Shown here one piece after another: positions 36,554 to 50,654 of a DNA stretch of 64,000 bases; position 1 is the stretch's first letter, and every line of letters begins with the position of its first letter. Source of the stretch: Balanoglossus misakiensis. Lineage: Eukaryota; Animalia; Hemichordata. A program made the position numbers and the translations under genes. The stretch is from contig CM082594.2 of NCBI GenBank assembly GCA_040954595.2, positions 1,196,247 to 1,260,246 on the forward strand, in the 5' to 3' direction. Below the pieces are notes generated by a model. It was given only the letters and a program-made list of their open reading frames with translations. It searched no databases and was not told the origin of the DNA.

Positions 36554-37147
36554 GTGAGTGCCTATACTCCTCAGTTGTTATGTACTTTAACCCTTTCACT
36601 CCCAGTTTCCTCTATAGAGGTAAAACCTTACCATAGAAAACAATTGGTTTGGACTGAACCATGGTGGTGAAAGGATTAAAACTGTGTCCAAAATTAATAT
36701 TATAAAAAGGTGTAGATGTTAATATGTTTATATCACCTGATATGACCTGTTAGGTGGGCCGTATTGCTGCGAGTGTGGTTGTGAGTCGCAGTGTACAAAT
36801 CAAAGACAAGTGTGAGTGGTAAATACAACCCAACCAAGAGGTGATATAAGGAAATAATTGATTTGATATGCTCATACCAAGGAGGGACAAAGTCTCTTTC
36901 TCGCTGCCCTTTTTCCATTAATTATGTTTGATAGAAGACACAGTTAATGTTATTCTACATGTGGATATATAGTGAATCAACATTCAACCACACACAACTG
37001 CCATCCCACTTGTAGACACAAGAGTGAAAAACTGGCCAAAATGAATGCTGTGTGTTACAATTGTAGTTGTGTTTTAAACCATTAATGCATAATGATCAGT
37101 ACATGAACAATGTATACATCTGCCTTCAACATTTTGTATTTCCACAG

Positions 37148-37309
37148 TATTGTGTCCTGAAGGGTCGTACCATGACACTGAGCTGAGTCAGTGCCATCCT
37201 TGTGCAATTGGATATTATCAACCCCTTGAAGGACAAACAGCATGCAATGCCTGTCCAAATAATGGAGTCACCAGGGGAAAGAGATCATTATCCATCTTGC
37301 AGTGTTTTG
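37148..37309 (+). CDS. Exon: Ephrin_rec_like (GCC2/GCC3) repeat
   Basis: CPEGSYH...CHPCAIGYYQPLEGQTACNACP; canonical splice sites. Confidence 0.9.
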
Positions 37310-37569
37310 GTATGTATAACAGAAGGCAATATCTCCTCCTCGTCCACAGCCATAGCCTAGTATCTAGCTGTATTTTGTCCGCTTTGCTTCCAAAACTAGC
37401 GTCTAGCCTCACTCATGCCACTGGCCCGATAAAACCCCATACCCCTTGCCGGGAATTGTGACGTATATATCAAATTATTGTGGTGTGATTCAATATGGAA
37501 AGAATGACAATTGGAATGTTCATCTCTTTGGTTGAAAAAATAATTTTTCAACAATGATGTCTATTGCAG

Positions 37570-37731
37570 AGAGGTGCGATGTTGGTCACTACTTTGACAA
37601 CGGGACTTCTCAGTGCCAAAGCTGCCCCATTGGATTCTGGCAATCAGAAGAAGGAAAGTTTGTGTGTAATACTTGCCCAAAGGGAATGCTTACATTAGTT
37701 GAAGGAGCTACTGATGAGTCACAATGTCAGG
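37570..37731 (+). CDS. Exon: Ephrin_rec_like repeat (in spacer)
   Basis: CDVGHYF...CQSCPIGFWQSEEGKFVCNTCP...GATDESQC. Confidence 0.9.
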
Positions 37732-37975
37732 GTAGGTACTTGTGTTATTTGCTATTCTTGACTATCAATCACATGATCTGGCCATGTGACGTACCCATGG
37801 CGTTATCATTTGTAAGTGACAGGCAAGCAATATTTCGGCATCCAGTAAACTTTTTTCCGAGTAGGTTTTTACTTTAGAACCGCCAGATATGCAACATATT
37901 CAACAGTTTAACAAATTCACGTGAGTGAAAAGCAGATTATCGTGAATATCAAAAAATTAATCTTCTCAATTACAG

Positions 37976-38143
37976 AGGTATGTAAATCAGTGGGAGTCCA
38001 ACTTAGTGTCAATGGGTCTTGTGAGTCGTGTCCCATGGGAACCTATCGATCAAATGCTGAACTTCAGCCATCTTGTATGCCGTGCCCATTTGGCTTCACC
38101 ACAAGAACAGTCGGTTCAACCTTAAGTGAAGATTGTAATGTTC
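37976..38143 (+). CDS. Exon: Ephrin_rec_like repeat (in spacer)
   Basis: CESCPMGTYR...CMPCPFGFTTRTVGSTLSEDC; donor |GTAAGT. Confidence 0.9.
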
Positions 38144-38279
38144 GTAAGTATATGTATACAACTTTTCATGTTGTATCTCAACTGTACTGAACTGAAGGTT
38201 GTATTATTGTGCCTCAGTTGTTCAGAATAATGATAGTCCTCCAATTTTATTCTATGCTCTTTTTCCATTCCATCAACAG

Positions 38280-38365
38280 CTTACTGCAATGTTGGTTGGT
38301 ACTTGAATCAGGAGTCCTATAGATGTGAGAAATGCCCTGTTGGAACATATAACTATGACTGGTAA
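38280..38365 (+). pseudogene. Truncated Ephrin_rec_like exon
   Basis: ACAG|(P)YCNVGWYLNQESYRCEKCPVGTYNYDW*; the repeat stops halfway and runs into A-rich sequence. Confidence 0.75.
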
Positions 38366-38628
38366 ACGCCATACAGCATTACAATCAACAAATAGTAAAA
38401 AAAAATAAAAAAGTAAACAAAAAACAGGAAAACATTTTAAAAATACAAATAAAATTATGAAACTACTAAAAATACGTCACAATTCCCGGCAAGGGGTATG
38501 GGGTTTTATCGGGCCAGTGGCATGAGTGAGGCTAGACGCTAGTTTTGGAAGCAAAGCGGACAAAATACGGCTAGATACTAGGCTATGGCTGTGGACGAGG
38601 AGGAGATATTGCCTTCTGTTATACATAC

Positions 38629-41600
38629 CAAAACACTGCAAGATGGATAATGATCTCTTTCCCCTGGTGACTCCATTATTTGGACAGGCATTGCATGCTG
38701 TTTGTCCTTCAAGGGGTTGATAATATCCAATTGCACAAGGATGGCACTGACTCAGCTCAGTGTCATGGTACGACCCTTCAGGACACAATACTGTGGAAAT
38801 ACAAAATGTTGAAGGCAGATGTATACATTGTTCATGTACTGATCATTATGCATTAATGGTTTAAAACACAACTACAATTGTAACACACAGCATTCATTTT
38901 GGCCAGTTTTTCACTCTTGTGTCTACAAGTGGGATGGCAGTTGTGTGTGGTTGAATGTTGATTCACTATATATCCACATGTAGAATAACATTAACTGTGT
39001 CTTCTATCAAACATAATTAATGGAAAAAGGGCAGCGAGAAAGAGACTTTGTCCCTCCTTGGTATGAGCATATCAAATCAATTATTTCCTTATATCACCTC
39101 TTGGTTGGGTTGTATTTACCACTCACACTTGTCTTTGATTTGTACACTGCGACTCACAACCACACTCGCAGCAATACGGCCCACCTAACAGGTCATATCA
39201 GGCGATATAAACATATTAACATCTACACCTTTTTATAATATTAATTTTGGACACAGTTTTAATCCTTTCACCACCATGGTTCAGTCCAAACCAATTGTTT
39301 TCTATGGTAAGGTTTTACCTCTATAGAGGAAACTGGGAGTGAAAGGGTTAAAGTACATAACAACTGAGGAGTATAGGCACTCACCACATTCTTCTCCAAC
39401 AAGAACACTACCATTGGAACAGAATATTGTACTTTCAACTTGTAATGTCTCAGCGTCGACCGAATATTCAGCTGTATCAAAAGTACCATTCTAGACTGCA
39501 TCTTCAATAACTACAGCTGCAGCATCAGCAGAGCTAATGGATAAAACAACAGGCAAACAATTCTTACATATGCCACATTACAATACCAACCAGAAGTGTG
39601 TACTGTAAACTGGGTTGTTTTCACGACAGGAAATTTTCGCGATATTAAAAGAGGCGACTGTTACGTGAGGACGAATTTCAATAGAACAGAAGGGGAATAA
39701 AATACTCGAAAAATAACAATTACTACTCACGCATTGGTTGTGAAACTGAACTGAACCACAAGCTGAGTATCAGCCTGTCTCTTTCTTCGGTTTGAGGCGC
39801 CGCAGGTTATTTCAAGGTCATCAAAGTTGCATTCACCGCCACAAATACCAAACAAATCATTCAGATAGTTGATAGTGTTCATAAAACTGATCCTCAATTG
39901 CTGGATGACACCATTGTTACATGTACCAGCCTGTGAATTGTATGACACGCCACAATTCACTCCACGTTGAGTCTTCCCAGGAGCTGCAGTAGAACAATAC
40001 AAACAAACAAATTTTGTTAAAGATGCAATTTTCAATCTAGTGAACGATGTATTGACTTAGACTGGGAAACCGCTTAGCCAATCAGGAAAGTTACAGCTGC
40101 TTACCCAGAACAAAATATTAAGAAAATAGCTCAAATGTACTGGAGCTTTATATTGGGGTAAGCAGATATGATGTTAACAAATTATCTACCTGTAATCACA
40201 ACCTTGACATACTGTAAAGCAAGAATTTGCATTACTCATATTTCTCTTTTCATTTATAACTAAAAGAAAATTGTCTCAATGCTGGAATACCCCCTCTCAC
40301 AACTCTCTCTCTTTGGAGAATTTTCTGAATGTGCATGTGCAACCTGATTATATTTCTTTACTGATACCAAATCATTTTTTTCTCACCTGAACATCCAGAG
40401 AAGGTGAATTCCTCGTCTGGATTCTCAGGATTAAAAGATCCTTCACTATGGCAGAGATAGTAAGGTGCTGGCAGGCTTGCAAACTTGTATCCTGGTAAAC
40501 AATCCACCTGACAGAACACACCCGACTCAAACTCATTACAGATGGAAATACCTTTAACTGGTGGTGCTGGCTTTTCACAATCAAATGCTGTAAAAGAAAG
40601 GAGAACACAGTTTATTTGTCTATATATATATTTTTAATTTTATTTCATCTATCATCCAACAGGCAAATGCTACCCAAATGTCTGTGTCTCATATATCATC
40701 CAACAGGCAAATACTACCCAAATGTCCTGGTCTAGGTAACGAACCCACAACCCTAGCCACTAGGGCACAATGCCTCTTTTACCAGGTTCACACAGGGTAA
40801 AATTTGAGACACTATTTGCCAGTGCTAACCACAGAGCATTAATCCTTTGAGTCATGTTGTGTCCACACACACAAAGTTTATGTATGGGCGCTGAGGCTCG
40901 GCCCCATAGACAATGGGTTGCGGAGAGGTGTTAATCCTTACACCGGCTCAGGTCTGGCTGGCAGAGCCGTCTCAAATCTGAGACGTTTCAGGACCACTTA
41001 CACCGTCCACACATGTTTTTTAAGACAGTATCAATTCTGAGATGCTTCAGAACTGTCTTAATGGTGTATGTGTGACACCCATATTTATTACACAGTCAAA
41101 TCTTTTAAACAGAACACCAACGCATTAACATGTTTCTATGTAAAAGGGACTAGGAAAAGCTGTTGGTTGAAGAGAGGTTTCCCGATTAGACAGGGTTTGT
41201 TTTAGACGGGTTTGAGTGTCCTTGTATGTTTTGAATGATGTTGTTATAATTTTTGATAGTTACATAGGGACAAAAGTGATAATGATGCAATCATATTACT
41301 GTAAAACGGCAAATTTTCCCAAACTTCGGCAAAAAAGAAGAAGAAAATAAAGTCGCATAAAATGTTTTTCAGAGATAACAGAGTAGTTAGTAAAATACTA
41401 GAATGCGGAAATTTAATTCTCGTGTCACAGTTGCCTCTTTTGATATATTGCAAAATATTTTCTGTCACGAAAATGTCCTGTTTTACAGTATGTGACAAGA
41501 CATAACAAGGGGTAGAGATGACAATTTGTCAAGATATTAATTAATTTTTAAAGTTTATGTATGAATGATAAAAAAATTCACTCACGCAGTACATAGAGTA

Positions 41601-44143
41601 AAAAGTTGCACTGTGCATTGTTGCCAGCTGTATCTGAAGCAACATAGCTGATCTGGTAGGTTCCCCAGGAAAAGGTGTCACCTGTAAGAACAAAATTACG
41701 CACATCATTACAGGCATGGGTGCTAAAGCCAAAATAGCTTCCGTTTCTTGAATGTTTTTCATGATTTTCTTTTCAAACTTAGAATGGTCCATTTAAGTGA
41801 GCTATCTGGTGGGTATACACAGGCATATTATCAACTCCTGATTGTGACTGTACATATAAACATGAACAAGATATGTATACTAAACAGATATGGTGCCGCA
41901 CACGTTTATTCAACTGCCCATTGTAAGAGAACACAACATTTGTGGTATGGGTATCCCCAGTAGTAGTGGAGAATATTAAGTACTTTACTGATTAAAGGCC
42001 TTGCTCAACAGTTGGTCAAATCTTTTGTTTCCAATACACAATTACGTGCAAACACAAATGCTTTCGAGTTTTAACTTCATTGTACTGCCCTGGGATCGAG
42101 GAAAGGGCCTATAAACATATGGTAATAGTATCAGCAATTGAGGCTTTAATACTTGGAAGCAAGATCATCTGTCGCACATAGGATGTGCTAGCCATATATG
42201 AGTAACGGCCACAAGAATACACTGTACCAGTATGCTTCATACTGACCATAATCTTAGGAAAGTTGTCTCAGCTTGTTGGTTTCTGTTTAGATCAACTCCC
42301 CACCCCACCCCGATAAAAAAAACTTAGTTAGTGTGAATGTTATATATTATCTATAATCAGAAATGATATTTTATAGGAAACTTACCCATTGTGTAGGTTT
42401 GTGTCACATTGGCAATGGCGACATCATCTGTAAATATAGGCTCCTGCCATACTCCTGTTGTCAAGCTATTAGGACTAATTATACGGGTCGTATTGGGACA
42501 GTAAATGACTTCAGGAGCGTGTTTATCTGAAGAAAAAAAAGTGAAAGAATAACAAATGTTTGTAAATTAAACAACTGGTCCACACCCCCTATGTATACAC
42601 TGGTACATTTAGGTAAATGCACTACTAGATGTTAATATCTGTCACATATTCATGAGAAATCCAGATATTGTTAAGTGCTTGTTTTCTGATACATGTGAAT
42701 AGACTAGATCACTGTCAAGAAACACTACAAGATAGGACAGGAGTCATGAGATGGTATCCATAGGCATAATAACTGATATGATCAATTACACTCATGATAA
42801 GCCTAGTTCTTGGAACAGCAGAAACTGATGATGATGATGGTGATGATGATGACGATAATGATGATGATGGTGATGGTGGTGGTGGTGGTGATGATGATTA
42901 TGATGATGATGATGGTGGTTGTGAATAGTATCATTACATTCAGTGTTAAATACATGTACGGTAGAAACAAAAAGAGTGAGCGATACAGGCATGGGCAGAT
43001 GATGATTCCCTATACTTCCTAAAGTAGGGAGATTGCATGCTGTTTTATTGGAGTACAACACACAGCAGCTAGGGGCTGGTGAATGTACACAGGAAAAACT
43101 ACTCAAAATTTCACACAGTTTTTCCTGGACAGACACAACATTACAAGGAGAGCTGTGTTAAAGTAAGGATTTAGGATTAATCAACTCTGTGACCCAATTT
43201 CTCCTCGTCAGATTATGCATAAAATTGTTTGATAGTAATGAATAAGGCTATTTACCAACAGGTGTGCATGGTGAACCAGAGTAACCAATTGGGCACCTGG
43301 TACTTCCACAAGCTGATGGCTGGATTTTGACCACACTACCCAATAACTCTTGATCCATTTCAACCCACATGACATGATTGCCAAGTGGACTTTGTGAACA
43401 GTTCAAAGCCAGACTCTGGATTTCAACATGAGTCAATACATAATCGTATACATTCATCTGTGTAACATCACCATGGAAGCTAAAATAGTTGTCAAGGAGT
43501 CCATTTTCGTCATAGCTTTGACCAAGAATTACCATACAGCTGTTGAAAAACAAGAGAATAATGAATTCATTAAAAGTGCTGGTAAGAAGTTGTCAAAAAT
43601 AAACTGTGAAAATCAGTATCGTTCCGCATAAGTTTGAATTTGAAAGTGCCACAAAGATAGCTTTGCTGATGTCCATAGTTTGCTCCCTTGATTTTTTTGG
43701 CCAGTTTTGTTGTAAGTCGCAACATGTTATGATGATATTGTATTGTCATGTAGGAGTAAGACAAGCTACCTAGCAGATAAGTTACAAACAAGATAACTGC
43801 TTCACAAATAAATGGTTCACTTCTCTTGAGGCTTGGGAAAACTTGACAGTATAGGAAAATATAGAATTTTAACATGAGATGATGACAATTTTCTATGGCT
43901 TTGTAGGAGTTAAAAATGTTCGGAGTTCCACTAGCAACTTACTTTTCTGAGTCAGCGATACCTGTCCAGGATGGAAGGGGTGATGTTACTGCAACACCAT
44001 TCAAGTAAACTGCCACAATGCCTTCTTCAATTACCATGACAACATTATGCCACGAGTTGTCATCAACTGATACGGTTACACCATTTGTACTGACAGATAG
44101 ACTTCTGTCCAGGACAAGAAGGGTACTATCAACTTGGGTTAAG
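38629..44143 (-). pseudogene. Antisense duplicate of eight exons (LamG through first Ephrin_rec_like repeat)
   Basis: Mirror of 31172-37309, including the same stop codon (CTA at ~39491). Confidence 0.85.
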
Positions 44144-47100
44144 CTGCCAAGAAATTCAAAACAGAGATTAGACATAAATCGGTGCATCAGCTGGTACTTT
44201 TGGGAAATTATCACACTTTTTTCAAACTGCACCACCTTTAGCCCATACAGAAGTATGCACTGAACTATGTACAAGTATTATGAACCCTAAGTATGAGTGC
44301 ATATGCAAGTTTAAACCAGACAAATAATAAATCTTCGCCGCAAAGGAATATGGTCGCCACCGTGAGAAAATGCAAAATACAATTAAAGCTGCAAGCAGCG
44401 TTGGCGGGGCACAAGCGGTTCCCATGGTAACAAGCAAATGCCAAGGCTGTATCTGCTGTGGATACCAAGATATTGGAAAGTAGGTCAAAGGTCACCTGAG
44501 GTCACCCCAAATTTGGGCAAAAAAATCGGACCCCATACTAGTCTAGGTCCAACAAAAACCAAACACCTAGCTCTATTGGTTCGCCTAGAATTAGGTATGC
44601 GCATAATTAATGAGGTCTTGTGTAAGACTCCATATCTGCTCCATCGGCCCTCCAAAAGCCAGGACTCTAACTGCTGTGGATGCTGAGATATGGGAAATTA
44701 GATCAAAGGTCATCCAAGGTCACCCAAAATTTGGGCATAAAATTTTGACCCCAGAGTGGGCCATGTCCAACTAAAACCAGACCTCTAGCCCTATTGGTTA
44801 GCCTGGAATTAGATATGCAGAAAAATGATGTTTCAGAAATAGGTCAAGGGTCATTGCCAAAATTACCAAAATAGTTGTGTCATGTCCTGGCAGCATTGGT
44901 ACCCATGTCCACAAAATTCATGACTGTGGTGCTTTTACAAGAGGAGGTATGGGGAATATGCATATATAATTAGTTGTTTTAAAACTGGGTCAAAGGTCAT
45001 GTCAAAATTGCCACGAAAAATTGTAACAACTTCCGGTCATATGATGACTCATATCCAAAAAAAGAATTTACGTGCTGTCAACATTTTGGCTACAAAACAG
45101 AATTTTCATTTTTCAATGGTTTTCCGAAAATCCAACATGGCCGCCATAATGATCGACCAATCACAGTGCGCTTCGCAAACTTGATAAACATAGGTTAGGT
45201 GACCACATACCCCGAATCCCGTGACTCGGCAATCGCTGGTTCTGGAGAAGAAGATTTTTAAAGTTTTAAGTAGTTTTTCAGAAAAACAATTGTAGCAAAA
45301 AAACTTTGTGTGACGTCATGATTTCAATGGGGTAAAATGATGGACATAATGCTGTGTTTTATCCCATGACATATCAAGGTTATATCTATGTTTGGTGCTG
45401 ATATTGTGTTAAGTAGGTCAAAGGTCATCTGAGGTCACCCAAATTTTGGGCAGAAAATTTTGACCCATAGTGGTGCATGTCCAACAAAAACCAGACCTCT
45501 AGCCCTTTTGGTTAGCCCGGAATTAGGTATGCACATAAATAATGAGTTAAGCAGGTGTCATAGGTGACCCAAAACTTTGGCTTTTCATTATGGCCCCATA
45601 CCTCCAAACGCCAAGGCTGTATCTGCTGTGGATGTCGAGATATGCAAAAATAGGTCAAAGGTCATCTGAGGTCACCCAAAATTTGGGCAGAAAATTTTGA
45701 CCCATAGTGGTCCATGTCCAACAAAAACCAGACCTCTAGCCCTTTTGGTTAGCCCAGAATTAGGTATGCACATAAATAATGAGTTAAGCAGGTGTCACAG
45801 GTGAGCCAAAACTTTGGCTTTTCATTATGGCCCCATACCTCCAAACGCCAAGGCTGTATCTGCGGTGGATGTCAAGTTATGCAAAAGTAGGTCAAAGGTC
45901 ACCCGAGGTCACCCAACATTTGGGCAAAATATTTTGACCCCATACTGGTCCATGTATAACAAAAACAAAACCTCTAGCCCTTTTGGTTAGCCCAGAATTA
46001 GGTATGCACATAAATAATTAGTCAAGCAGGTGTCACAGGTCACTCAAAACTTTGTCTTTTCCGTATGGCCCCATACATGTACCTCCAAACGCCAAGGCTG
46101 TATCTGCTGTGGATGTCGAGATATGCAAAAGTAGGTCAAAGGTCACCCGAGGTCACCCAACATTTGGGCAAAATATTTTGACCCCATACTGGTCCATGTA
46201 TAACAAAAACAAAACCTCTAGGTCTATTGGTTCATCTGTAATTAGATATGTGCATATTTAATAAGGTCAGCAGAGGTCATGAAAAGTAGCAAAATTTTTT
46301 GATCACATACAAATCCACATACATCAAACACCAAACTTATAGCCCTATTGGTTAGCCTGGAATTAGATATGCAGAAAAATGATGCGTCAAAGGTAGGTCA
46401 AAGGTCATTGCCAAAATTACCAAAATATTTATAGCTTATTCTTGTCATATGATGATTCATATCCATAAAAAGAATTTCTGTGCTAACAATTTTTAGGCTA
46501 GAAAGGGAGTTTTTACTTTTTAATCGTTTTTCACAAAATCCAATATGGCCGCCATAATCTTCGACCAATCACATTCTTCTTAGCAAACTTGATAGACATC
46601 TGTTTAATGACCACACACACCAAATCTTGTGACTCGGTTATCGCCGGTTCTTGAGAAGAAGATTTTTGAAATTTTACTAGGGTTTTTCAAAAATCCAATA
46701 TGGCCGCCAAAATCTTCGACCAATCACAATGATCTTCGCAAACTTGATAGACATTAGTTAGGTGACCACATACACCAAACCCTGTGTCTCGGTTATCACC
46801 GGTTCTGGAGAAGAAGATTTTTGAAATTTAAGCCAGATTTCAGAAAACAAATTGTAGCAAAAAACTGCAACTTTGTCAGCATAATTTTCAATTACAAAAA
46901 TGATGGGCAGTAGGTAGTCTACCAACATGCCAAATTTGAAGTCGATCTAACTTGTAGTTTCTGAGATCTGAGATTTGCATTTTTTCAGAAAATCCAGGAT
47001 GGCCGCCAGGTCACGTGACTAATTAAAAATTCAAGGGTTCAATGCACGACTACTCATTGACCTTGACCACTGTAGCAAGTTTCAGAAGTGTACCTGCAGC

Positions 47101-50100
47101 GGTGTCTGAGATCTCGTGGGTCAAAGAATTGACACAAGAATAAAGAAAGAAAGAAAAATTCCAACGAAACCAATACGGGCCCAAGCCTGGCTTGGCTTGG
47201 GCCCGTAAAAATTCCAACGAAACCAATATGGGCCCAAGCCTGGCTTGGCTTGGGCCCGTAAAAAAACCCAACGAAACCAATACGGGCCCAAGCCTGGCTT
47301 GGCTTGGGCCCGTAAAAATTCCAACGAAACCAATAGGGCCCAAGCGCTTGCTTGCGCTTGGGCCCTAAAAATTCCAACGAAACCAATAGGGCCCAAGCGC
47401 TTCCTTGCGCTTGGGCCCTAAAAATTCCAACGAAACCAATAGGGCCCAAGCGCTTGCGTGCGCTTGGGCCCTAAAAAGGAAAGAAAGAAAGAAAGACTGA
47501 AAAACCCCAACGAAACCAATAGGGCCCAAGCGCTGGTGTGCGCTTGGGCCCTAAAAAATTAAAACGAAACCAATAGGGCCCAAGCGCTTGCGTGCGCTTG
47601 GGCCCTAAAAATTCCAACGAAACCAATAGGGCCCAAGCGCTTGCGTGCGCTTGGGCCCTAAAGAAAGACAGAAAAACCCCAACGAAACCAATAGGGCCCA
47701 AGCGCTGGTATGCACTTGGGCCCTAAAAAAACCCAACGAAACCAATAGGGCTCAAGCGCTGGTATGCGCTTGGGCCCTAAAAAACCCCAACAAGCCTGGC
47801 TTGGCTTGGGCCCGTAATTAGTTTGAGTCCCGGGTTTGACTGCTCCAGCTAAAGCATACGTCAAATGAAAAATACATGGAGGATTTGGATAGGGGATTTG
47901 ACCTTTGACATCAAGCACTCTGAGTTCGTATGAGCTGAGGCGTAACCTTTGAGCCCAATAAAAGTACAACTAACTGTCTAAAAGAAACGAAATATCATGA
48001 GACTCCCCAGTACAGCATGTGTATGACCGGTCCAGCCGTGTGTACACCCCTTTTACAGGGCTGTGTGAAATACGACTGGTCCAGCCGTGTGTACGTGCAC
48101 ACCTGTTACAGGGCTGTGTGAAATACGACTGGTCCAGCGTGTGTACGTACACCCCTGGTACAGGGCTGTGTGAAAAAGGGTATGACACAGGACTTTTTCT
48201 CACACATCTTATTCATATGTAACATCATTTCTTTTTACATAGCTGGTACAGAGTCTGTGTGCCAACATAGCTGGTACACGACTGTGTAAATCCATGTGAC
48301 AGACATGATAATAGTACAGGGCTGTAAGGGGTTTCCTGTGTACGTGTAGTCTAAAAATATAAATTTCATGATTTGTGAACTATTTGTACGAGTTTTAGCA
48401 ATGATAGCAAATATGTCGTTAATGGAAAGACAGTACTTGTGGATTCAAGCGAAGATGGTGAATCAGGGCCGTGACAGGTTCATTACCACCCGTAACGTTA
48501 TGTATTTTTGTTATATGCATCAGTTATACGGTATCTTTTTCGGTTTTCTAAATCAAGATCACATGCTTACAGTATTAATAAAACCAATGTCTCCAAACAC
48601 GCAGGTACCAATCGCAGTGCAACCGTTGATATCTTACAGGTATAGAAATGGGCACATGGGTTTATGGGATGACAAATACTGCGACGTCAAACCAAAGGGC
48701 TTCGTCTGTGGAATTCCAGGTGCGCGGTGAATATAGTCATCAAATTAAAAATACACAAAGTTGGAACTCATGTTGTGACTTTATTGTTACATGGAGGCTA
48801 ACGGATCGACATTTTGCTTACACTAGAGACCACATAATAACAAGGGGAATTTGCATGATTTTTAATTTTTGAGTTTTCACTGAGTCCATATTGTTTTTAT
48901 TTTTCGTCTTTCCAGATACGTACTGCTTAAGTCTTCAAATCAGAGGATAAATGTAAACATGATATAGCCAGCACCAAGGCAATGACATGACGGTGATGAT
49001 GTAATAGAAAGACAAATCCATTCTCGATCTAGTACTGTTCATGATTCAACAATGAGTTCATTAAAATGTGCATGGCCGCCCGTAGTTATACAAATTAATA
49101 CTTTTGCGCTGTTTACTTAGTTGAGATGCATTGTGATCAACCCAATTGCTTACTCTTTATTGTGTGTATTTAAAGGGCCAGCGCCATGCCCATACCCACA
49201 ACACGTAAAATCACTCTTTCGATGGTGAAGTCGACGTCTGTTGCCGTCTAGAATCCCACATTGCCCAATACGTTTTAATAATTTTCAAGCAAAACTGCCG
49301 CGTGGGCGTGTACCTCAAAGCCAGTCCAGTCGTCATTTATCGCTGTTCCGAATTTCAAGTGACAGCTTATCTTAATTAATAGAATCATGAATTTGACCTG
49401 CATGTTCTGTTTAGCGTTTGTCTCACTACAGGCGACAAGGCTGCCAAGTGCGCATGCGTCATTCTCAGGCTTTGTCATAACCTTTCCGGCTACTTTGTGA
49501 ACTTGGCAATATGGCTCCCAAAACTGCAAAGTCCAGTACATTGATTTTTCGACGCTTGGGGAGACTTATCAAGCAACATGTATGAAAATTCACTTTTATA
49601 GAAGAAAGGGCAACAAGAGTGTTGTCCTTACATTGTACGGCGGTACCCACGTCACAAGAAAACGTTTGTATTTTAATTCTCGATACCTCAGGATTTGTCT
49701 TTGCGCTAGGGGTGTCCTCTTATAAAACGGCAACGGGCCACTCTCGTCCTTTTCAGGAATAGCCAAGAATAAGCAAAGGTAAAGACGGCGCCACATTCTA
49801 CATCTGATTTTAATCTGATTGATGTCAACGGTTACCGGACTGGTATATCCACATGGGCTGTCGACTAAAGGGTCGAGTAAACATTAAAAACCAAATATTG
49901 CGGATGACCATTCACTGGTTATGGCATTTTTTATTTCTTTAGGGGCGGTTCAGTTTTTACGGTTGGAAGTGGGGGGGGGGGGGGGTCGGCAAGTTTGTGT
50001 CATCGGTTTTCAAAATCAAGCAGAACCCCCTTTCACCCAGGACCAACAAATGATGACCCCCCCCCCCTTTGACGGGCAAAAAATACGAAGACCCCCGGAA

Positions 50101-50654
50101 AACATCACACAGCCACTTGTGGAGTGAAAAAGCTTGTTGTCAAAGTACACCTAGCAGGAAGAGACTCGTCCATGAGAGGATTCAAAATTGAACCAGTGAA
50201 CCTGAAGTTAGAGAGCACTGCCTTTCGAGAAAATATATATGTTGGCCCAATAGGAGACACCATGCTGCTGGGAGTAGACCAACTTCGATCCAAACAGGTC
50301 ATCCTCCACATGCGAGAAAACTTCCTCCAGGTGGGAGAACAGCATGTCCCGTTGCTGCAAGGGGACCAGACCACTGTGGCACGTGGCTTACATATCAGTC
50401 GCTCCATGCACTATCCTGTCTCCGAACTCCGTGACCAGGGTGACAGGGACAATCGACATGGACATGCCCGACTACATAGTGGAACCAGTGAAACTAGGTG
50501 ACGTCATTATGCCCCGGACATTCTGTAAAAAGGGGCAGCCCCCAATCATCTGTTTAGTAAACCTGACCGATGACAACGTCACCATACCGCCGGGAACAGT
50601 AGTGGCAACAGCAGTCAGAGGAAAGCTTCTTCTGACATTAACCAAAGACATTGA

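Larger units (their letters stand above)
16557..37466 (+). repeat. Arm 1 of a large inverted duplication
   Basis: ORFs mirror between arms (e.g. 19153..19740+ and 51088..51675-; 37150..37461+ and 38477..38788-). Identity ends at 16557/54271 (TCGTGGTCTACAG vs CTGTAGACCACGA|TGC) and at 37466/38472. Confidence 0.97.
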
